Origin: Anthoceros angustus | Lineage: Eukaryota; Plantae; Anthocerotophyta | Assembly: GCA_010909165.1 (NCBI GenBank) | Contig: VJWM01000126.1 | Coordinates: 186,001-250,000 of the forward strand | DNA length: 64,000 bases | Reading direction: 5' to 3' | In this document: one piece after another, positions 11,616 to 24,263 of the stretch | Numbering within the stretch: the stretch's first letter is position 1 | Layout: every line of letters begins with the position of its first letter | Program-made: the position numbers and the translations under genes | The notes under the pieces: generated by a model | The model's input: only the letters and a program-made list of their open reading frames with translations | Told to the model about the DNA's origin: nothing | The model's database searches: none

Positions 11616-11853
11616 TCCGCTTCCAACACATTAATTTGATGTTGGGTGGTTCATAGCAGTGTGGCTTTGAGCTTTTCCATTGGAAGAGTGGAAAGTACTT
11701 CGTGGAGGATGTTGAAACATGTACTGCCCTTGTTCCTGCCGCTGCATGTTCCCTTCAGGTTTCATAGTGCTTCGGGACCTGAATTACGTTAAACGCATGA
11801 GAACTTCCTACCACATATACAAAGATTCATGACACATCAAAAGGAGATCCTGT
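11616..11853. repeat. Diverged ~220-bp direct repeat, copy 2
   Basis: Colinear with 6158-6380. Confidence 0.8.
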
Positions 11854-11986
11854 CAGAGCAAGCACTAACCTGAAACCAGCTGCCATCCAGAGCAAGGCAG
11901 CACAAAACAGTCACATCTGGTAAGACGGCTTGGCTTCTACACTACTAGTTGCACACAGGGCTGCGGAAGAGATCACCAACTTGTTG

Positions 11987-14702
11987 TCAATTCCGGTCCC
12001 CACATGAGCAAAAGCCATCCACGAAATGATGCACTCGGTGTGCATCTCGCACAATTACATCTCGCCGTTCAATCCTCGACATGATCTTGGTGCCACTGTG
12101 ACAAGCATTGCACATCCGCAGATTCTTTGTTACCAGCAATGTTGTGCCATCTGGAGTGTTTAGGAGACCATAGGCCAACGCTAGTTTCTCAGCATGTCCA
12201 CACAACGCATCCTCCTCCCCTGCGTCAGGCACTGGCTTCAGCACTAAGCTTGACTGCGAAAACTGGTCTCCTTTCCTTGATAATTGATGATTCGCATTCC
12301 TCAACTTGGAATGGATGTCATCCCTTTCTTCCCCTACAACGAACATGTGAACCTTGTTGTCTACCTCGATCCAGGACCTTGCAGCTTTCTTACACGCGCC
12401 TGCAGACTTTCTCAGATTTTCTATCCTGTCCACATCCCTCCACCTACCGGCTTTAGCATAGATATTTGCCAAGAGTGCATAAGGAGCAGCATCCTGAGGC
12501 TCTACTTTGATGAGATGGTCAAAACATCGCCTTCCACGCTCCATATCACCATGGGTGTTGCAGGCGCTCAGCAAGGATTTCCATCCTGCAGTGTCTTTGT
12601 TGGATGGCAAAGTTCGCAGCATAATTTCTGCTTCTGCTAGACGGCCTGACCGCCCAAGAAGATCGGCCATGCAGTTATAATGATGTGTTCTTGGTGTTAT
12701 GGCATGGTCCTTCTCCATCATCTTAAAAAACTGCTCACCTTCAGTCACCAGGCCCTCGTGACTGCATGCTAACAGAAGACACAGAAAAGTTGCGTCATCC
12801 GGCACAACCATTTGGTGCAGCATCTCCTGGAAACACTGTATTGCCTTTCGTCCCTGATCATGCTGGGCATATCCATGCAGCAGGGCATTCCATGTGCACA
12901 CATTTCTTGTGGCCAGTCTGTCCAACACTGTGCGAGCGTCGTCAAGACTGCCACACTTTGCGTACATGTCTACTAGGCTGCAGCTAACAACAGGATCATC
13001 TTCTAACCCTCTTGCCTGTATTTGACAGTGAAGCAGCTTTCCCTGATGTAAGGCTCCAATGCTGGTACAAGCTTTCAGAAGACAAGCAAATGTGGCACGA
13101 TTAGCAGGAGTACTAGCCTCTTCTTGCATTCTAGCATAGAGACTAAGAGCCTCTTGACCGAGCCCACGCTGAGCGTATCCGGCCATCAAGGCAGTCCATG
13201 TCACGACATCTTTAGCAGGCAGTCTGTCAAATACTCTGCAGGCATCGTCCAAGCTCTCACACTTCACATACATGTCCACCAGACTGTTTCCTACAGCCAA
13301 ATCATTTTGCAGTCCTGTTTCCTGAATCAGAAGATGAAGCTTCCTGCCCTCGTGCAGAGCTCCAACACTGGCACATGCCTTGAGGAGGCTCGAAAACGTA
13401 AAATTGTCTGCATGACTAATGCCTTCCCGTTGCATACTTTTATAGAGCGAGAGGGCTTGCTGACCAAGCCCACGCTGAGAGTATCCTGTGATCATAGTAT
13501 TCCACGTCACCACATTTTTTCCCACTAATCTGTCAAAGACTCGGCGAGCAGCCTCTAAGCTACCACATTTTAAGTACATGTCCACCAGGCTGGTGCCAAC
13601 ATACGTATCAGTTTCAAGTCCTCTTCTGCAAATCTCAGAATGAAGCTGCTGCCCTTGATGCAAATCTTCAACAGTTGCACATGCATTGAGAAGAATCACA
13701 AAAGACGATTCATGAATCATGCCCCCTTTTTGCCCAGCTGCAAAAAGGGCAAGGGCCTCTTGGCCCAACCCATGTTGAGCATATCCTCCTAACATGGCAC
13801 TCCAAGTGACAGCATTTTTTGTTGTTAGCCCGTCAAACACTCTGCGGGCATCCTGTAAGCTGCCACATTTTGCATACATGTCCACAAGGCTGCTTCCAAC
13901 AAACACGTTAATCTCAGCACCACTCCTATGAATGTCAGCATGAACCTCCCTCCCAGCATCTACATCCGCTGTGCTAGCACAGGCCTTGAGTATCGTGACA
14001 TACATCACCTCGTTCGGCTTCACACCCATCTGCCGCATCTGCTCGTACAGCTTCAAAACCTCTGTGTGCTGCCCATGTTCAGCATGTGCAGCAATTATGA
14101 ATCCCCATAACGAGAGATTTGGTGCATGCACTCCCCTGAAGACCTGCATTGCTTCTTGCAGCATCCCAGTGCAAGCATACATTCGAATCAAGTGGCATGC
14201 TAGGAACGAATTTGACTCGTATCCAATTCTCCGCGTCAGGGCATGAACGCTTCTGCCAGAAGGCAGATCTTTGTGGGCAATGCATGTCTTCAAAACATAA
14301 TACAAGACAGACACGGGTAAGCAGAATTGCTGAGAGACCAGCTGCTCCAAAGCGTCCACGGCTTCACTGAGCCGTCCTTCATTACAAAGATGGTAACAGT
14401 TCTGAATCTCCAACTTGCTAGACCTGTTGTTGTCCCAGATGGCCTCCCGTGCCCATGGCTCCACTGCAAGCCAAGTAAACATGCGAGTTTGAGCTTCGCA
14501 GGTACAGGGCACACAAAGACAGGTCAAGGGCACGGCACTCACGAAATCTGCGTTGCTCTGCTGTAGTCTGCACCGATGAGCGATGTCTCCACCATTGCTC
14601 CACAGGCTCCAACTGACTTTCCAGAGAGGAAACTTGTCTGCGGAAGCTCCACTTGCTTGCCAGCAACACAAGCTGAGCACCCAAAGCTGAGCCTTTCCTC
14701 AT
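11987..14702 (-). CDS. PLS-class PPR protein with E1/E2 and a complete DYW:KP domain (DRH-like, ends CSCGDRN); candidate U-to-C editing factor
   Basis: Exon 1 14702-14543 (MRKGSALGAQLVLLASKWSFRRQ, targeting-peptide-like), intron 14542-14464 (GTGAGT...TTGCAG, phase 1, frame-restoring), exon 2 14463-11987 with PLS triplets, KKAARSWIEV, LKP, CGHAEKLA and CNACH. Confidence 0.95.
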
Positions 14703-14735
14703 ATGTTTCTGAAGCTCTGAGTCCCATACGTGACC

Positions 14736-16725
14736 ATGAACCTGCCAGAGGGTCGTATACGTATGCTGGCGGCTTACCGAGCAATGGAGCCTCCGCGCGT
14801 AATTGTTACCCTGGCCAGGTCCCCAATCAGCGGTTCTGTGTTCTGTTTCCTTGACTTGCGTACTTCTGCCTGAACTCGTGTTCTGAGGATTATGCTGGCC
14901 TGCGCAGAGAGCTCGGTGGTGGATCCCTGGACCATGTGGCCCAGACCTTTTTTCTAAACAACTGCTGCCTCGATCAAGTGGGTTAGCCTGAAAGTCAGTG
15001 ATGCTCGTTGCTGGTATTTCCTCAAGGATTTCTCCTCATAGGACAGTTTTCGTCATCTTGGTTTGAAGCTCTGCAGAACGTATCCTCCCAGCAAGGACTA
15101 CGTGAGACGTGTGCTGAAGGAGTTCATATTGGCTGCTGAGCAAGACGGGCATGAGGTTGAAGAAGGACTCTACGAGCAGCATGCAGCCCTCTTACATCTT
15201 CCCTCGGTAAGGCATGGCATGAGGCAAAACCGATTTCTGAGGCATACCGCCTAAGTTGAATGTCTTGAGGTCATACCGAGAACTGTATTGCATATCAGCA
15301 TCTGCAGATCTGCCTCTAAATTTTCTGCCTTCTTGTCAGTTCAGGAGGTCCTTGATATCGAAACAAAGTGCTACAGAACGTACTCCTATGCTGTACCTGA
15401 GGACTCAACCTCGTATCTGGCAGGGGTTCGGGGACTGGGCATGGTGCCAGCACCAGCTTACGGAGTGGTGACACTCAGGGTGTCCCAGAACATGCTGGAA
15501 GCAGATACTGGGTAAGGTCTTTAGTCCTGCAATCTCAGAATGTCCAGCAAGATTTTTTCTGAAGCTTTTTTTTGTCATTGTGCCTGCTTCAATACATGCT
15601 GTGTCTTCTCGTTCAGGTGCTGGTCGTGGACTGCGGGTCTTTATCTGACTGAGTTTTTGTTCACCTTCCCACAGCTGTTCAACCAGCAATCTTGCCTCGA
15701 GGTTCTCTTGCACATTTTTCTTCAGTACTGAGCATGTACGGTTATCTTTCTTTTGTGGTACATGCATCTGCGTGTGTTGTTTCTTCTCACTGTCAGAAAC
15801 TGCCGCCAAGCTCACAGCTTGGTTCAGGTGCTGGTCTGGCAGGAATCGCCCTTAGCCGACTATCACCCTCAAAGGTTCAGATCTCATTACAGAACTGTAA
15901 CCCAATGTCTTTGTCTACCCATTCCAGGGCTAAGTCACTCCTTACTAGGATAGTTCTTCTCTTCTCTTCTCTTCCCTCCGGTGCGAAAAGCTTGTTAGTA
16001 AACTGTTCTCATCTTCTGGTTACTGGCAGGTGGTATTGAGTGACGGTAGTTTACCTGCCTTGGCCAATTTGAAGCAGAACTTGGAGATCAATGGCATCAC
16101 ACATGCACAGGAAGGAAGGCCTCCATCCGCAAACAACACTAGCTGCTGCACTGATGTAAGTTCTCTACAAAGTCAGCGTTTGTACTAATCCACAAAATCA
16201 GAAGCCCTGAAATCTAACTTTTCTGTGGTCAGGTGTCTTGCCAAAACATTTCCTGGGAAACAGTAACAGAGGAAGAGCTGGAATCTCTTCACGCCGACAT
16301 CATGTAAGCACGACTCGTAACCCAGCTGATTGTCAGCGGATGGCTCACGGTGTGTCTACTCAAAGAAATGCCCTCACCATGACGCTGTGCTGTAACCTGG
16401 TTGCAGCTTAGCAGCAGATGTGGTATACGACCCAAAATGCATTCCACACCTTATCCGTGTTCTGCAAGGTCTGCTACGAAGACCAGGCTCAGCAGGCATG
16501 GCAGGAGTGCAGCAGGCAAATAAGAGTGGCAGCCCGTCCAGCCCTGTAGCGTTCATCGCATCTGTGGTGAGAAACGAGAGCACAATGGACATGTTCCTGA
16601 AGGGGTTAAAGTCTGCAAACCTGTGTGCTCTCGATGTCACAGAGATGATGCGGCCACAGAAGTGCCTCCTTGAGCTTAGCGCTTTGGATAGATCGCAGGT
16701 CACCTTACATCGAATTCATGCTTAA
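14736..16725 (+). CDS. EEF2KMT: Protein-lysine N-methyltransferase EEF2KMT/FAM86-like (FAM86 domain plus family-16 methyltransferase), about 9 exons
   Basis: Spliced peptides AAYRAMEPPRVIVTLAR/ELGGG, YPPSKDYVRRVLK, NMLEADTG/CWSWTAGLYL, CLE/LGSGAGLAG (SAM motif I), VVLSDG..LANLKQN and AADVVYDP. GT-AG junctions keep the frame. Confidence 0.88.
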
Positions 16726-16882
16726 TCCTGTTCAAGTCCCTCCATTCAATTCAATCGTTCAAAGCAATTCTGGAGAAGAGAAAATCCTGGTTTCCGCACA
16801 CGATAATGATGCAAGGCAGGGAAATGGGCACATAATGGATGCTTATTTTCTAGGCGTTACAATCCCCAGACAAACATTAATG

Positions 16883-18779
16883 TCAATGAGAGTGGGACGA
16901 CTTATCGCGCGCCTTCAGAAGCTTCAGCGATGGGTATCCCAATATGAGGGTTTGCAAGACCCAAGCTACCTGATTTTCGGGCTCTATCCTTCTTGCCACT
17001 GTGAATGCGTAGGCTGCTTGCACGCTATGGAAGAGTAGGGACATAAGGACTGTTAATTGCATAGCTTCATAGGACCTGAACACCGTGAGAGCGGCGGACT
17101 GCACAGGCTGCAGGGGACCGAGCGTCTCTGCTGACAAGAATCCCGATAAGGACAGCCAGATTAAGCTCGCCACAATGGATATCCAGATGGTAGCAGGCGG
17201 CGATTCCACTGGTCGCCTCGTGCGTCTCTTCCAGAATGCGAGTGTGCGCGTCATGCCTTCCTCTTTCCCCACAATCGGCACGTACTGAAGATCGCGTTCC
17301 GCCTTTGAGTTTGAGAAGAAGTGAGTGACACCCGCCTGCCATACCGTGATGTCGGGCATCAGCGATTAGAACAGCCATGGCCGAGGCCTGAATGCCTGAC
17401 ACAACAGATTTGAAAGCGAAGGGAGCTGCAGAAAAGAAAAGCGTACCTCGTGGACGTCTGCTGGAAGAATGAAGGGCTCGGGAAGCCAAGATGTTCCCAG
17501 CACTGAATTCAAAACTTGGTACAAGCCCAATGTGAGGGACCCCATGCGCATAGCGAAGTTCACACTCAGTTCACGATCCGGATACTTGTAACCCAGGCCT
17601 TCCACAAGAGGCCGCAGAAACTCGAAAGTGTTGACAGGAGCGCCTGTGCAGGACAAATCCAAGCGGTTTGGCAAGAACGTAACGGGGAAGTGTTAAAGTC
17701 ATCATTCACATTAAGGAGCGCGTTAGGCTCCTTACCGTCAGAGATGAAGTACACTTGGCCGCATGGCGGGGCATTAGAGTTCACAGCCTCCAGAAGGGCC
17801 CGGCTTGCGAGCAGCTGCGCGTGCACAAGGTTGTCAAGGTACACCCAGTCCGTCTGCACGTCGGTTCCTCCGACCCTGAACTTGAGAAGTCCCCATTCCG
17901 CATACTTCAGAAGGCGGGGAATGTGATGCCCTTCGCCGGGGCCGTACACAGCAGCGGGCCGGATCACACAAGTCCGCAACACTCCCTTGCTCTTCCTGCA
18001 ACAAATTCAGATTCCAGTCCATCGGAAACGGGCACAGCCAGACTCCGCAGTCCAGAATACCAGGCAAGTCTTGCAATCCCAAACAAGTGTGCAAAAAGGA
18101 AGAAGAGCTCAAAATCTCTGAATCGCACAGCCACATACCGGAGCGCAGTGTTGTTAGCCTTGCGGACAAGCTGCTCAGCAGCAGCCTTGCTGCGGCCAAA
18201 ATCATCTGCTGAAAAATAGGGCAAGCTCTCGTCTCCGGACTGGATCTCCTGGCCTCCAAACACAACGTTACTGGTACTGGTGTAAACCAATCTCGGGACG
18301 CCGTGCTCGATGCAGCTGTCCAGGACGAGCCGAGTGCCGTCCACATTCACTTCCTCCATCCGCCGCGCCTGCAGCATTTCCTTGCCCGTCCTCCCAAAGG
18401 ACGCCAGATGGAAGACGCAGCTGGCGCCTTTCATGGCCTTCTCCAAATCCTCCTTCCTCCTTACGTCGCCTGCACCATCCCATCCGGAGAACCGAGCTTT
18501 CAAATTCCGCTGTGATCAATCTCAATGATGCAATGCAGCACGCATCAAATCTTCCGCCATTGGATTCAAATCTTCCAGCAACCTACCAGTGACGCTGACC
18601 ACGCCCCGAGCTTGGAGCTCAGGCAGCCAGGGAGATGATGTAGCCACGTCCAGCGCTGTCACCTTGGAAGCCCCTTGCCGCAGCAGCTCCAGGCACAGGG
18701 CCGCTCCCACGAAGCCAGCCCCGCCAGTCACCACAAACGCCTTGTCCCGGATTCCCTCCATCACCTGTGGCTGTGCCAT
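16883..18779 (-). CDS. SDR42E1-like 3-beta-hydroxysteroid dehydrogenase/extended SDR with C-terminal membrane segments, multi-exon
   Basis: VVTGGAGFVG Rossmann motif, VFHLAS, LVYTSTSNVVFGG, TCVIRPAAVYGPGE, DWVYLDNLVHAQ, YFISDG, THFFSNSKAERDLQYVP and a hydrophobic C-terminus. Confidence 0.9.
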
Positions 18780-19939
18780 CTCGCCTGTCGCAATTCAGCT
18801 CGGATATGTGCAATAGCGCAATGGGAGCTGTGCTGTGGATTCCAGCCGCAGCGGCCGACATTTTGTATCTCTCGCTGGGACAGTTGAGCGGACTCGCGCC
18901 CTCCCGGAGTCAAAAACTGGTTGCCGACCGTCAAATCTTCCCCGCACCTTCGCGGAGGTGCGGAAACAACTTCTCGGAGACAACTTCTCGGCATGCTTTT
19001 AGTTTGAGCCAAACGCAAAATCGCCTAAACGCGTCTCTTGTTTACAACTTATTCAATCACGATTAAATGGGCTGGTCTCGAGCCGGAGAGCTTTCACACA
19101 ACTAGGCCTCCCAAAATTCTCATTTGGGAACATTCCTCTCCTTGTGAATCGCTTGAAAGGCCCCATTTGCCAACATTCCTCTCCTTGTGAGTTGCATTGT
19201 TGATTCTGTTTTTCTTCAGACATGACTCGACTCGCTGTTGGTAGCGATAATAGAAATTGGAGTTCCTCGAGGAAATCCAAGAAGTTCCTCAGCAGCTATG
19301 TAGTTTGCTGCTTCTCCTTCATTGCAGTGATCGAAATACTTCAGGATAACTGTAAAGATTTCGGTGGCGAGCAAGAACAGAGAGCAGTGGTTCACTCTGG
19401 CAGAAGCAACGCTGTGGGGTTAGAGACGAACTCTAGGGTTTGAATCCATAGGAATCGCTGTCGCAGTATTAGACACTCGACTTCATTTTGACGCAACTCA
19501 AACGAAGCCGAAAAGAATGCAATTCTGTCAATTCTTTCAAGGGGCGGCAAGAAAGAAAACCCTAGAGCTGCGCTCGAGATCCCGAACCTCCTGGTGTCGT
19601 GTCCCTGCACGCGTTGGGTGCGCGCCTAAGGCGTGTGTTGCTTGAGAATGGCTGGGCTTTCTGTAGAGAGGGCTGATCTACCTGCAAGCTTGGATCGCGT
19701 AAGGTATGTCGTCATGTGCTTTGCCGTGGCATGTTCATGTTCCAGCAGTGGGTGCACCTGCAAGGCCGGAGATGCTAAGCTACCTCCTGCCAACATCGTG
19801 CCCAGTATTATGATGTGTTCAGAAAGCGATGTTGGTATCCGGGTTTGCGAGGTGAGGCGGGAGGAGATGAGCAGCCTGTTTAGTCGGGGCAGCACTTACA
19901 GTCAAATCTGCTCGGACGGAGTCAGAGGCGGTGGTGAAG

Positions 19940-21722
19940 ATGTCCCCGAGTTGCTTCAAAGCGTGTTGGCAAGGGTGTCTATCTGCAGGGAATGCAGTCT
20001 TCGATGTGCAAGCATATGTGGAAGGGCTGAAGGACGCAGTGGGGACTTTGTTGGGCCCAGAGATCAAGGCGGTGCATGGGCAGGCCACATGCGTGCTGGT
20101 CCACAAGTCTCTGGTGCTGACGTCCTGGACCTTTCTTCCTGAAGCTACATGTGCGTTCGGTGCAGAGGTTATCTTCAGGTTCAAGGACAATGTTGTCAAA
20201 CGCAAATTGGAGCCCAGGAGGTGAGGATAGGTAGCCTTGTGTTCTTCTCTTCTGTTGGAGATGGGCATCTGGTGTATGTCTTGAGGTGTTGTAGGGTTGA
20301 TGTGCAGGTTCTTTGCAACCAGCTATGAACTGGACTTGGCACTGGTATGCTGCGAAGAGGTGACGGGAGATATCATTCCCATGAATATGGACACGAACAA
20401 AGCAACTGGTTCTTCCTATCATAAGGGGCACAAAGTGTACATTCTTGGTCATCCGAGAAGCGATCAGCAAGACGTACCTGTATCTGTTGGGCGAGGCCTG
20501 GTTACTGGAGCTTCTGATCAACACGTTATCAAGTTCGCTATGTCAGAGAAGATGTTCTGGGTGCCAGGTTCAGCTGGATTTGACTCGTGGGGCAATTTCG
20601 CGTTTCTGGTATGCACACCTCATGAATGGCTTCCCAAGGGTTCCAAGGCGAAGAAGAAAAGATTCTCTCTCATGCCGCTTCGTCGGAGGAGTAAGTTGAG
20701 GCAGACAGGACTTACCATCCACACTGTGAAGGAGTGGATGGAGAAACTTACTTTGTCAACTCTTCAGGATGAGGATGCAGCCAAAACTCTCACAGGTCTT
20801 CCTGAGGTGATGGCGCAGCCGGATTTGCAACCCCTCAAAGAACTCGTACAAGCCCACAAACTGGCAGCAGCTTTGAAGCAGCAACAGGCTACTCAGGCAG
20901 CCGGTGAGAGAGTCTTTAGCAGAGTTGCCAGCAGGGCAGCAAGTAAGGCACCAAGCAGAGCAGCGAGCAGGCCAGCAAGCCGACCTGCTAGCCGACCTGC
21001 CAGCCGACCTGCCAGCCGACCTTCAAGCAGACCGACCAGCAGGCCTGCCAGCCCAAGGCATGTAAGCACTAGAGTGATGACCCCTCCCACTCCGAAGAAG
21101 AAAGTGGTAGCTATTAGTACAAACAGCGGCGGCGGTTCAAAAAAGAGGATTAGTATTTCTCTCAAACATGGAGAGAAGGGTCCCAACGGTATGGCAATAT
21201 CTTATGACCAAGGCTTTCCCGGTAGAGGGGAAATCCGTGATCCTGTGAGTGTGGTATACATGCTTGATAAAGCCTTGGGCACCTCTTCTCCAACCGCCTC
21301 CAGACCTACGACAGGCACTTCCAGTTCGACAACACCTAAAGCTAAAACCAGGAAGAAGAAGGCCCAAAACTCGAGTAAAAATGTACGTACCCCTCATTCG
21401 CTTCCAGTACCTGCCTCACTCAATAGTCTGTCACTACGATTCTTACTCGTGTGGATTCAAATCGAAACAATTGTTGTTTGTTGCCAACAAACACCAAACA
21501 ACGTGTCAGCAGGCAAAGACCTCCTTAAAGAGAAAGAAGGACGACTCGCATCCTTCAACAGCCGAAAAGGAAAACGGGAAAGTGAAATCTTCTAGCAACA
21601 GGCTCTCGAAGGACGACTCAGCTCCTTCAACACCACAAAAGAAGAACAGGAAAGTGATATCGTCTAATAACAGGCTCTTGAAGCATACGTCTTCTAGCAA
21701 AAGGCGGTCTGTTACTGTGTAG
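19940..21722 (+). CDS. Plant trypsin-like-fold protein (probably non-catalytic) with a Ser/Arg/Pro/Lys-rich C-terminal tail, about 3 exons
   Basis: CVLVHKSLVLT..LEPRR/FFATSYELDLALV..VYILGHP..WVPGSAGFDSWGNFAFLVC resembles an uncharacterised plant trypsin-like family. Intron at 20221-20307, SRPA repeats at ~20926-21052, probable last intron ~21383-21512. Upstream exons are possible. Confidence 0.65.
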
Positions 21723-22451
21723 TGTCCCTGCAAGTGAGACGCAACCGACAGTTCCATAACGCCCTCACAAGCTGGTCGTCACTCCTCACCGTTCGGGCTA
21801 GAGGCTCCTAAGAATTTTGCGAATCGAAGACTTTCAATTCATTCTGACTGTGGGGCTCCTGGGCTACTCGGGTCGGATGGTATGGGTTTTACAGTGAGCA
21901 GATTCTCTACTGCCGTAGACACACATTTACAAGAACACCGTTATTAAGCATCCTGCGCTTAGATCGGTACGTAGATGGGGTGCCTAGAGGGAGTGGAGGT
22001 GCAAGTTGTGAAGTAGTAAGTCCAACGACAAGAAAATTTCCGTCCAAGTGGACTATAATAGACGACTTCTTCTTTCTCTGCTTAGATCAAAACTTTCATC
22101 GATTGTTGGAATTCAGAAGTTGCGATCCTAAGCCGAGAGCAGTACCTAATCGTCATCATCCAGCCGGTTTGGAGGGCCCCTTTTGTCGACCCCGAACGCC
22201 CGCATTGCAGGGCTGCGTGGGTGCTGCCTGCTACTCTAGAGAATTTGCCCAAACTCTACGGTTGATGATCCGTACTGGTTGCATCTGAATCCTTTGAGGG
22301 ATCGCTGCTCACATCCCAGTAAATACATACCTTGCAATAACAAGACAATCACGAGTCAGTCAAGGAAACAAGCCCAATCAGTCACCAGGACACAGCTGGT
22401 AGAATACTTAGAGTAAACCTCAAGACCTGTGTGCTGAACAGAGATTGGGAC

Positions 22452-23140
22452 TCACTTGTCTGGACTCGGAGGGGGACCAAAAGGCACCTCCCTAACATGC
22501 CTGAAGAAGATGGCCAGCATTGCATGAAATGATGGTCGCCTTGGTGGCTTGAAAGTACTGCAGAAACTCTCCAAAGTTATCTCGTTATCGCTCCTCAAAC
22601 AACTCCAACATACTGTGGTGGCTGTCTACGGGCTTTCATGACAGCTCGATGTATTTCATCCATGGTTGAGCCAGCCCATCTGTGGCACAAGGAATCCATG
22701 AAGTGAGAACAACAATCCTAGTAATTCTATAGGGAACAGCACACCTACAATCCTGGATGATTGGGGTGCGGGCACTTCCGGAATCTCCACCAGAGTAAGC
22801 CAAAAACTCCATGCATCCGATTCCACAGAAATCCCAACAGGATCCTCCCAAAAACGATTCAACGATGACTTCCGAAGAGGCGCCCAGGCTTCAGGCGCCA
22901 TGTGGTTGGGATTTTGCAAAGTACAATCTATACAAGAGTGCATCTGAGCTGTACCATCTTCACGGCTAGAACGAGATTTTTTGCACTGAGGTTTCTTGAG
23001 TATCTCCAGAAGGCCAAAGTCTGACACAACTGCTCGACCTTGTTTATCAAGCAAGAAAATGAAGGTTTCAAATTCATGCACACAACCCCTGCAGCGTGCA
23101 GTTCAGCAAATCCACGAGAAATGTCCGCTGCATATCTGCA
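22452..23140 (-). pseudogene. KEG: Fragment of the KEEP ON GOING (KEG) kinase domain, frameshifted
   Basis: RYAADISRGFAELHAAGVVCMNLKPS / LLDKQGRAVVSDFGL..MAPEAW..FWEDPVGISVESDAWSF / ..KARRQPPQY.. RPSFHAML, with several frameshifts and stops. No RING, ankyrin or HERC-like parts nearby. Confidence 0.85.
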
Positions 23141-23978
23141 CATTAATTAAAGGTTTAGACATGCCGCAAGCCATAGCCGTGTTGGAATGTGGCCTGTTGT
23201 GACTGCGCAGGAAGGGCGGTGGAATGCTGGAAGCTGCGCGCGCGGGGCTGGGCTTGGTCAAGGTTGGAAAAGGTGGCAACGAACCTGAGTGAGAGTCTGA
23301 CTACCCCGTCCAAAAGCCCATCATATTCTCTTCTACGCATGTAGATGCTGAGTTTAACCCTTGCGTGCACATAACCCAATCTTACCTGTCGCTTATGGAA
23401 AAAACGGGGGAGACTTTATGTAGAAAGAAAAGAGATGGGAAAAACACAATCTACACGAAAAATAAGGGTCAACCCAACCAAGGGCACCATATAAGTGGAA
23501 CTAACTCCTGCGATCCCTTTTTTCAAAACCATCTATCGCCTTAAAAATCTCATGAATCTCGCCCTGTCGATTGTGTACATAAGAAGATAGATAATGATAC
23601 TACAAGTTATGTTGATGAAATGATGGGAAGAACTTGTCCCACGGAGGACAACAAAATCTTGAGGGTCATGATAAAAAATAGTAATTAAATTCCCTATCTA
23701 AAATCAATAACGATAAGTGAAAAAGGGTAGGTAAACTCCTTATCTAAAGTCATTTACTTCTCCAACAATGTCACATGCAAAGGAATTGCCTCCATACTAC
23801 ATAGGAAGAGGGGAATTTATCATCTACCATTGTTGCTCTTTACCCTCCATCATTTCTAGTACATATGTCTTGGACAGGTAGTTCAGTTTCTTCACTAGTC
23901 CTAGAAAGAAAAACTTGAACCCATGCACAAAACATGCGGTCCTAGATAGGAAAAGTATCAGTAGTGAAACCTCACTAT

Positions 23979-24263
23979 TCTGAGAAAACAAAGACGGTTG
24001 TAAAGCATACTAGTTCCAGTTGCAACAATGAGCCCTCCGAGAAACCAAAGACGGTTGTGAAGCATACCAGTTCCAGTTGCAACAAGGAGCCCTCCGAGAA
24101 AACAAAGACGGCTGTAAAGCATACCAATTCCAGTTGCAACAAGGAGCCCTCCAAGGAAACAAAGACGGTTGTAAAGCATACCAGTTCCAATTGCAACAAG
24201 GAGCCCTCCGAGAAAGCAAAAACGATTGTAAAGCATACCAGTTCCAGTTGCAACAACGAGCCT
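23979..24263. repeat. 57-bp minisatellite, about 5 copies
   Basis: Unit GAGAAAACAAAGACGGTTGTAAAGCATACCAGTTCCAGTTGCAACAAGGAGCCCTCC. Confidence 0.95.

Noticed and set aside
7025-14370. Numerous short antisense and alternative-frame ORFs over the PPR genes
   Set aside because: Shadow ORFs that repeat with the PPR period; no independent evidence.
23979-24263. 57-bp array (also the 54-, 46- and 17-bp arrays) as CRISPR-like repeats or repeat-protein genes
   Set aside because: Head-to-tail units with no unique spacers in a eukaryotic context. The open frames on both strands simply reflect a unit length divisible by 3.
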